Part shown: positions 57,646 through 64,000 of the stretch, piece by piece
Position numbering within the stretch: the first letter of the stretch is position 1
Layout of the letters: every line of letters starts with the position of its first letter
Source: an uncultured bacterium
Lineage (GTDB): Bacteria > Patescibacteriota > Minisyncoccia > Moranbacterales > GWC2-37-73
Direction: 5' to 3'
DNA: 64,000 bases
NCBI GenBank assembly: GCA_903837175.1
Contig: CAILTR010000050.1
Span: 17,513 to 81,512, forward strand
Position numbers and translations under genes: made by a program
Notes under the pieces: model-generated
What the model was told of the DNA's origin: nothing
Database searches by the model: none
Seen by the model: the letters and a program-made list of their open reading frames with translations, nothing else

Positions 57646-58365
57646 TTAGCTTTTAACTTTTTCGCTTTCTTTATGCCTCAACCTAATTTCCGAAAATAAT
57701 TCTCCTTGCTCAACGTGAATTAGCCGTTGCTTGACCATTTCCAACATCGCCAAAAAAGAAACTACTACCTCAACTTTATCTTTCGCATTAGCAACCAGTT
57801 CCGCAAACGAGGTTTGGACTTTCTGGCGCAAGGTTTCCTGCAGATGCACAATTCGCTCTTCTAAAGTTAAGACTTCTTTAATCATTTCTTCTTCTAACTT
57901 TTCCACTATTGGAATTTCTCCTAAAACTTTTGCAAAAGCCTTGCGTAAATCCTCACTGGCAAGGTTGGTTGGCGGATAAAAAAATACATGCTGACCTAAA
58001 AAACTTTCGCGCGAAACGCAAGCCGTTGCTGCTTGCAGAATAACCGCTAAATTTTTCGCAGCGTCTTTAAATTTTTTATACTGCGCTAGTTGCTGCTCTA
58101 AATCCTTAATCTCTTCTTCCTCTTCTGGCGAAAATTCCAGCAGTGGTAATAGCGCTTTTGATTTAATTAAAATCAGTCGCGCTGCCACGGATAAAAAATC
58201 CGCTAAATTCTGGAGCGTAATATTTTCCGCCTGACTAATATACTGTAAATATTGATCCGCAATCTGCGCGAGACTCACTCGCGTGATATCCAACTTTTCC
58301 TGCTCCGTCAGCTGGAGCAGTAAATCCAACGGCCCTTCGAATTGTTCAATTTTAATATTATACAT
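57646..58365 (-). CDS. scpA: segregation and condensation protein A
   Basis: FEGPLDLLL, IKSKALLP, FLAMLE. Confidence 0.94.
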   Translation of the reverse strand: MYNIKIEQFEGPLDLLLQLTEQEKLDITRVSLAQIADQYLQYISQAENITLQNLADFLSVAARLILIKSKALLPLLEFSPEEEEEIKDLEQQLAQYKKFKDAAKNLAVILQAATACVSRESFLGQHVFFYPPTNLASEDLRKAFAKVLGEIPIVEKLEEEMIKEVLTLEERIVHLQETLRQKVQTSFAELVANAKDKVEVVVSFLAMLEMVKQRLIHVEQGELFSEIRLRHKESEKVKS

Positions 58366-58392
58366 AAACCCACAAATCTACAAATTAGCTAC

Positions 58393-58616
58393 CTTGCCTA
58401 CCGGCAGGCAGGCAAATCTACAAAATAAAAACTTGCATCCTGCATTCCCCTCCGCGCATTGCGCAGTGTGTAGGTAAAAGACGAACGATGAGCGTTAAAA
58501 AATTTTAAAACGCAGTGAGGTCAGCAGACCGAACGGAGTGGAAATTTTAGCGAAGAGCGAAGTCTTTGCCCCAGCAACAAGCACGTGCGGGATTTCCCTG
58601 CCTGCCGGTAGGCAAG
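58393..58616. mobile_element. MITE-like structured element bounded by 20-nt inverted palindromes
   Basis: CTTGCCTACCGGCAGGCAGG and its exact reverse complement CCTGCCTGCCGGTAGGCAAG; internal stems. Confidence 0.5.
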
Positions 58617-58659
58617 TTTTGTAACTTTTCTATTAAAAGAAAAGTTAACCCTTGTAATT

Positions 58660-58693
58660 CTGGATTGCTTCGGATGATTACATCCTCGCAATA
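58660..58693. repeat. partial GATTGCTTCG..CTCGCAAT repeat
   Basis: Matches the right half of 59927..60021. Confidence 0.55.
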
Positions 58694-58706
58694 AAAAATA
58701 AAAAAA

Positions 58707-59915
58707 CTATTCCTCTAATCTTAACTCCTCCTCACTCTTATTATCCTCCAATCTAAACGCAGGATAAACTCCAACTAAAACCATTCCAGCTACCAAAATA
58801 AAAATATACTTCATCGGCGCGATAACCAGAAGCATTGCTGAGAGTCCCGTAGCAAGTAGGTAAGCTACCGCCCGTGTGGTACGGAAAAAACTGATTAAAT
58901 CAACATCGCGGCCATCAATCTTTTTATAAAAATAAGAATCCCGCAAAATTTCGACACTAGCCGCCCCAATCCGAGTTACTAGCAGAATTGCCGCCCAAGC
59001 AAAAATGGATTTTGAAGTCATAAAGAAAATAGCAAAAGTAGCGATACTCATAATCAGCAGTCCGCCAATAATCATTTCTTTTTCACCAAATTTTTTGTCG
59101 GCTAAAATTCCAATTGGATATTCTAAAGCCACGAAAGGAATTAGCATAATCGTAAAAGCGATTCCGATTTGTTGCCAAGAAAAGCCTAGCCCCAATAAAT
59201 AAAGCGGGGTATACACAATCATCAAAGCAAAAAAAGCTTCTAGGGCCAGCGAAACAATATAAATATTTAAAACATTTTTATTAGTTAAAATTTTCATCCC
59301 AATATCTTGCACCGTTAGTTTTCCACGGAATTTTCCATTAACCCCCCGCAGACCAACCAAAGCCACGACCAACATCAGGCAATTCAGAACCAGGGTCGCA
59401 ATAAATAAGCCTTCGAAGCCAAAACGTGCCAGCAGCTCCGTGGATAGAAAAGGCCCAACCATGATACCAGCGCTCAAAACCATTAAATGAAAGCCTCGAA
59501 TCCGACCAGATTTTTTATCTTCTGAATATTCTTCAATAATAACATCTAAGACTGTCCAAGAAAAATAATTAATAACAATGTACAACATCATTAAAATTGC
59601 TCCCACAATTGGCTGTTTAAGGAAAACCAAGCCAAACAAAAGATAAATCTGCAAAAGAAAAAACAAAAAGAAAGCTCCAGACTTTCCCATCAGCTTTACT
59701 AATTTATGCATATTCAGCAGCCCAATTAAAGCCACCACGTAAGCGATAAAATAAAAAGAACTAACGTTACGACTTTTTAGCATCTGACTAAAATAATCAG
59801 AAGTTACGTAAAGCAGTAGCGCCTCTGAAAAGCCAAACAAAAAAGAAATAAACCCCAAGAGTTTCAATTTCTTTTCATCCGCATGTTCCACGTGTTTACT
59901 TTTTTTATTTTTCAT
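58707..59915 (-). CDS. MFS transporter
   Basis: About 12 TM segments, GILADKKFGEK motif-A-like. Confidence 0.85.
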   Translation of the reverse strand: MKNKKSKHVEHADEKKLKLLGFISFLFGFSEALLLYVTSDYFSQMLKSRNVSSFYFIAYVVALIGLLNMHKLVKLMGKSGAFFLFFLLQIYLLFGLVFLKQPIVGAILMMLYIVINYFSWTVLDVIIEEYSEDKKSGRIRGFHLMVLSAGIMVGPFLSTELLARFGFEGLFIATLVLNCLMLVVALVGLRGVNGKFRGKLTVQDIGMKILTNKNVLNIYIVSLALEAFFALMIVYTPLYLLGLGFSWQQIGIAFTIMLIPFVALEYPIGILADKKFGEKEMIIGGLLIMSIATFAIFFMTSKSIFAWAAILLVTRIGAASVEILRDSYFYKKIDGRDVDLISFFRTTRAVAYLLATGLSAMLLVIAPMKYIFILVAGMVLVGVYPAFRLEDNKSEEELRLEE

Positions 59916-59926
59916 TTTATTTTAAC

Positions 59927-60021
59927 ATCATTGCGATCCGCCCAGGGCGGAGAAGCAATCCAGAGCCGTGCCAAGCCCTGGATCGCCACGAATTTTTGAT
60001 TACAAAAATCCTCGCGATGAC
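59927..60021. repeat. TCATTGCGA...GCAATC...TCGCGATGAC palindromic repeat (RPE/REP-like)
   Basis: Terminal inverted TCATTGCGA/TCGCGATGA with internal hairpins. Confidence 0.65.
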
Positions 60022-60060
60022 AAAAGTAAAAACATTTTATTAAAAAATTCGATATCTTCC

Positions 60061-60405
60061 TTACTGCTCTTTACTAGCAATTTTAATCATATTCTCTATT
60101 CTGGTCCGCGCTGAAAGAATCGACAGTGTTTCTACCTCAATTTCACAAGTAAAAGCCTGGGCAATTGAGGGAGACTTTTTAACAATTCCGGAAATTTCAA
60201 TCAAATAACCGAGTTTCAGATTGCCCGCCATCGCAAAAGCTTTTTCCTTATCAGGGATAATCACCGCGCTGGCCAAGGCTGACAGGTCTTTTATTTCTAA
60301 AAATAAAATTCCGCCATGATCTTCAATTTTTTCAACAATTCCACTAATCGTAACCTGCCCTCCAATATACTGTTCTAATTTTGAGATTTCAACTTGCTCG
60401 AGCAT
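60061..60405 (-). CDS. stand-alone OB-fold protein resembling the AspRS anticodon-binding domain
   Basis: GQVTISG..EKIEDHGGILFLEIKD parallels GQQVILTGWVHRRRDHGGIAFIDLRD of the adjacent AspRS. Confidence 0.7.
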   Translation of the reverse strand: MLEQVEISKLEQYIGGQVTISGIVEKIEDHGGILFLEIKDLSALASAVIIPDKEKAFAMAGNLKLGYLIEISGIVKKSPSIAQAFTCEIEVETLSILSARTRIENMIKIASKEQ

Positions 60406-60422
60406 AAATTACGTTTAAAAAA

Positions 60423-62210
60423 TTAACTTACGCTTTTAATATTAACCTCTCTTAGTTGTTTCTCATCCACCTGGCCAGGGCTATTCATCATCAAATCTCG
60501 ACCATGACCATCTTTAGGAAAAGCGTAAATATCCCGAATAGAATCCAGGTCATGCAAAACCATTAAGATGCGATCAATCCCAGGCGCATTTCCGCCATGC
60601 GGTGGAGCGCCAAATTTAAAAGCATTAATCAAAGCGCCAAAACGAGTATCCACCGCTTCTCTAGTATACCCCGCAATTTCAAAGGCTTTATACATAATTT
60701 CAGGATTATGATTGCGAATAGCTCCACTAGAAGCTTCAAAACCATTAATGATCATATCATATTGATAAGCTAAAATTTCCAGCGGCGGTTTCTCTTCTAG
60801 CGCTTTCAGGCCTCCCTGGGGCATCGAAAAAGGGTTGTGTTCAAAATCGATTTTACCATTTTCAATCTCCGAATAACCATACATTGGGAAATCTATTACC
60901 CAACACCAAGCCGCCTGCGTATTATCTTTAAGCCCTAATCTCTTCCCGCATTCATTACGCACAGCGCCTAAACTTAAACAAACAGTTCGCCAGCCGTCAG
61001 CTCCAAAGAAAATAATATCGCCAGCCTTTCCTCCAACTTCAGTAACAATTTTTCCAGCCAACTGCTCACCTAAAAATTTCACAATCGGTGATTGGAGTTG
61101 ACCATCTTCTTTAATAATAATATAAGCTAAGCCCTTTGCCTCTTTACCTTTAGCGATTTCTGTTAGCTCATCAATCTCCTTACGCGAAAATTTAGCTCCC
61201 CCCTCCACTCGCAAAGCGTGAACTACCCCACCATTTTTCACCGTTTCAGCAAAAACTGAAAAACCGCATTCTTTAACAATTTCAGTAATTTGAGCTATTG
61301 GCATCTCAAACCGTAAATCCGGCTTATCGGAACCATATAAATTCAAAGCATCTTTCCAAGAAATTTTCCGAAACCTGCCATTTTCTTCAAGCTTAACCAC
61401 TTTTTTCTTGGAAAATTTTTCCGTCAGTTCCAACATCAACGGTTCCATGATTGCAAAAATATCTTCTTGCTCGACAAAACTCATTTCCATATCCAATTGA
61501 TAAAATTCGCCATAATGCCGATCCATTCTGGGATCTTCATCCCGAAAGCAGGGCGCGATTTGAAAATATTTATCCAGCCCACCAATCATTAAAAGTTGCT
61601 TAAATTGTTGCGGAGCTTGGGGCAAGGCATAAAATTTTCCAGGATGAAAACGCGAGGGAACTAAGAAATCGCGCGCCCCTTCGGGCGAAGAATTAGCTAA
61701 AATTGGAGTTTGAACTTCGATAAAATCAAGTCGCTGAAAATAATCCCGCATATGCTGAATATATTTAGCCTTTAATTCTAACAAAGCTTGCATCGAGGGT
61801 CGTCGCAGATCGATAAAACGATATTGCAGCCTTAAGCTCTCATTAGCCTCGGCCGCCTTCTCTTCATCCAGTTCAAAGGGTGGGGTTTTCGCTTTATTTA
61901 AAATTTCCAGTTCAATTGCTTCAATTTCGATTGCTCCCGTTTTTAACTTTGCGTTAAGCATCTCGGCTGGCCGACTAACGACATTTCCAACAACTTTAAT
62001 TACCCATTCACTGCGTAACATGCTCACGGCTTCTAAAAGTTGCTGATTTTCAGTTGGATTAAATTTGATCTGCGTAAGACCATAGCGATCGCGCAAATCA
62101 ATAAAAGCAATCCCGCCATGATCTCTGCGACGGTGAACCCAGCCGGTTAAAATAACTTGCTGCCCAATATTTTCCTGCCCCAATTGTCCACAAGTGTGCG
62201 TTCGCATCAT
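60423..62210 (-). CDS. aspS: aspartyl-tRNA synthetase (bacterial type)
   Basis: MRTHTCG, PEGARDFLVP, LPQAPQQFKQ, GAPPHGG. Confidence 0.96.
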   Translation of the reverse strand: MMRTHTCGQLGQENIGQQVILTGWVHRRRDHGGIAFIDLRDRYGLTQIKFNPTENQQLLEAVSMLRSEWVIKVVGNVVSRPAEMLNAKLKTGAIEIEAIELEILNKAKTPPFELDEEKAAEANESLRLQYRFIDLRRPSMQALLELKAKYIQHMRDYFQRLDFIEVQTPILANSSPEGARDFLVPSRFHPGKFYALPQAPQQFKQLLMIGGLDKYFQIAPCFRDEDPRMDRHYGEFYQLDMEMSFVEQEDIFAIMEPLMLELTEKFSKKKVVKLEENGRFRKISWKDALNLYGSDKPDLRFEMPIAQITEIVKECGFSVFAETVKNGGVVHALRVEGGAKFSRKEIDELTEIAKGKEAKGLAYIIIKEDGQLQSPIVKFLGEQLAGKIVTEVGGKAGDIIFFGADGWRTVCLSLGAVRNECGKRLGLKDNTQAAWCWVIDFPMYGYSEIENGKIDFEHNPFSMPQGGLKALEEKPPLEILAYQYDMIINGFEASSGAIRNHNPEIMYKAFEIAGYTREAVDTRFGALINAFKFGAPPHGGNAPGIDRILMVLHDLDSIRDIYAFPKDGHGRDLMMNSPGQVDEKQLREVNIKSVS

Positions 62211-62292
62211 AAATAAGCTTTTGACGTTTGATTTTGAAACAAATAACTTCACCACCAAACCCGTTTTTATTCATTATCTCAGTTAAAATTTT

Positions 62293-63093
62293 CTACTCCC
62301 CAAATAATTCTTTTACTCTTCGCGAAAGATCACTAGGTACAACTTTCGTTTTTTCATAAAAATCCGTCACACCCATATCCAAAACTAATTTAATATCTTC
62401 CTCCGCTAACGAGGCTGACAAAACAATAATCGGAATATCTTTAGTTCTTTCATCCATTTTTAACTGGCGAATAATTTCATCTCCACTAACCGCCGGCATC
62501 GACATATCCGTAATAAAAAGATCATATTCATTTTCAGCCGCCATTTTAATTCCCCAGGATCCATTTTTAGCATATTCAACTGCATAGCCCTCATCTTCAA
62601 GTTTTTTTCCAAACATTTCCAAAAAAATTTCCTCGTCTTCAATTAGCAAAATTCTTTTTTTATCCATATTAACGGGCTGACCATTTCCGTTTAAGCGCTC
62701 CTTATTCTTTCGTTGCTCTTCATATTCATTCAATAGTCTTTGAATTTCAACCACTAACTCCGATGGATTATATTGAGTCTTTCCAATAAAGGCGTCCGCA
62801 CCATTTTCCCTGGCGTCCTTTTCGTATTCGGTTTTATTTAAATTACTAAGGACAATAACTTTAAGCTTCGGATCAAACTGACCACTCTGCTTTAGCTGTT
62901 TTAAAACATCCATCCCGCTCATTTCAGGTAAAACCATGTCCAATAAAATCAAATCAAATTTATCCTCACTAGCAAATTTTAAAACCTCCTTACCTGTTAC
63001 AGCATTAATAACCTCAAACCCAGCCAGTTCAAATTTCTTTTTATATATCTCTGCAATCATCGGATCATCCTCGACAAGCATTATTTTTACCAT
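62293..63093 (-). CDS. response regulator with two receiver domains and no output domain
   Basis: Two REC domains (VEDD..LLDMVLP..K; IEDE..ITDMSMP..K). Confidence 0.88.
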   Translation of the reverse strand: MVKIMLVEDDPMIAEIYKKKFELAGFEVINAVTGKEVLKFASEDKFDLILLDMVLPEMSGMDVLKQLKQSGQFDPKLKVIVLSNLNKTEYEKDARENGADAFIGKTQYNPSELVVEIQRLLNEYEEQRKNKERLNGNGQPVNMDKKRILLIEDEEIFLEMFGKKLEDEGYAVEYAKNGSWGIKMAAENEYDLFITDMSMPAVSGDEIIRQLKMDERTKDIPIIVLSASLAEEDIKLVLDMGVTDFYEKTKVVPSDLSRRVKELFGE

Positions 63094-63167
63094 AGGAATT
63101 CTTACCTCATTAGAAAATAAACCACAGTTAAAGTATACCCAAAACAAAGGGGAAAAGCAAGCTAAAC

Positions 63168-63239
63168 AAGTTATAAAGTTATAAAGTTTATAAAGTTCAT
63201 AAAGTTATAAAGTTTATAAAGCTTTAAAGGATTATAAAA
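63168..63239. repeat. AAGTT(T)ATA tandem tract
   Basis: About 8 units of 8-9 nt; similar tracts at 1..17 and 41300..41352. Confidence 0.7.
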
Positions 63240-63245
63240 CGTACC

Positions 63246-64000
63246 TCATGATAAGCTAATTGTCTTTATGCGGTTTAATTTAGCAATAACTTCCTTGATA
63301 ATCCATTCGGGGGTTGAGGCTCCGGCGGTGACAGCGACAGTTTTCTTGCCAGAAAACCATTCCTGCTCTAACTGCTGAGCTTTTTGGATAAAATAAGAAT
63401 TTTTGTTGCTTCGTTTGGCTATTTCAAAAAGTCGCTTGGAGTTTGAACTCGCAGGGTCACCAATTACAATTATAACCTCATTGTTTTTTGCTAATGGACT
63501 AATTTCACTTTGACGCTCATGCGTGGCCAGACAAATTGAATCCAAAATTTGAGCCTCGGGATATTTTTTCAAAATCTCCTGCTCAGCAAATTGTACAAAT
63601 TCCTGGTCTTGAGTTGTTTGAGACAAAACCGCAATTGGCAACTTAGGATTTAAATGCATTTTTTTCAAATCGGCTTTATTTTCAATAAAGACAGCTTTTC
63701 CGCCACCCCATTGCGAAATTCCCACAACCTCCTTGTGTTCTTTTTCCCCAATAAGCACTAGCTGAAAATTTTTATCAGAAAAGTTTTTCGCTAGACACTG
63801 CACCTTAATCACCCGTGGACAAGTTGCGTCCACTAAGTCAATTTCATAATTTTTCGCTAGCGTATAAATTTCTGGCCCCATCCCGTGGGCTGTAATTACC
63901 AGCGTTCCAACCTTATTTTTTATTTTCTTAAAAAATTCCACCAACTCACATTCAACCTCAATTTTTTTTATTCCCAAGCTTTCTATTTTAGTCACGACCT
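63246..64000 (-). CDS. ispH: 4-hydroxy-3-methylbut-2-enyl diphosphate reductase (5' end outside window)
   Basis: TAHG, DATCPRV, HKEV, SQTT, ICLAT..RQ, SSNS, TAGASTP. Confidence 0.92.
   Translation of the reverse strand, partial: VVTKIESLGIKKIEVECELVEFFKKIKNKVGTLVITAHGMGPEIYTLAKNYEIDLVDATCPRVIKVQCLAKNFSDKNFQLVLIGEKEHKEVVGISQWGGGKAVFIENKADLKKMHLNPKLPIAVLSQTTQDQEFVQFAEQEILKKYPEAQILDSICLATHERQSEISPLAKNNEVIIVIGDPASSNSKRLFEIAKRSNKNSYFIQKAQQLEQEWFSGKKTVAVTAGASTPEWIIKEVIAKLNRIKTISLS

Noticed and set aside
522-63184. Many plus-strand ORFs opposite housekeeping genes (e.g. 522..791, 45720..46250, 52458..52877)
   Set aside because: These are antisense shadows of well-supported genes and have no recognisable motifs.
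1-64000. tRNA or rRNA genes
   Set aside because: No cloverleaf with a T-loop consensus and no rRNA-like stretch was seen in the intergenic regions by eye.

Overview
64 kb of low-GC bacterial chromosome, almost all coded on the minus strand. It looks like Patescibacteria/CPR (Parcubacteria-like): the S10-spc cluster lacks rpmD/uL30, there is a group 3b-type NiFe hydrogenase small subunit with HypC, and few genes have Shine-Dalgarno sites. It holds tuf and the S10-spc-secY-adk-map cluster, glycolysis genes (fba, tpiA, pgk, eno), cell wall and division genes (murB, murC, murG, ftsW, mraY, a dac-like peptidase, an ftsA-like gene), lysS, aspS, greA, trmD, folC, scpAB, a partial ispH, a glycosyltransferase cluster and a nucleotide-processing cluster. 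No rRNA, tRNA, CRISPR array, transposase or integrase was seen. The main unexplained signal is non-coding. Most gene junctions hold long imperfect hairpins made of short tandem units. A roughly 110-nt family fills 11 ribosomal-protein junctions, with G-A mismatches about every helical turn and often a GGA right after the upstream stop. A 20-21-nt CCTGCC...CAGG palindrome is nested cleanly inside other repeats and in frame inside trmD and folC. lysS is bracketed by a 33-bp inverted repeat. Other findings are a candidate attenuator leader for rplC, a frameshifted glycosyltransferase at a (TA)6 tract, an ASCH gene with an internal TGA, an Ig-domain gene remnant and an FtsA-like/baseplate-J-like gene pair. 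All product calls come from motif recognition by eye, with no database searches.
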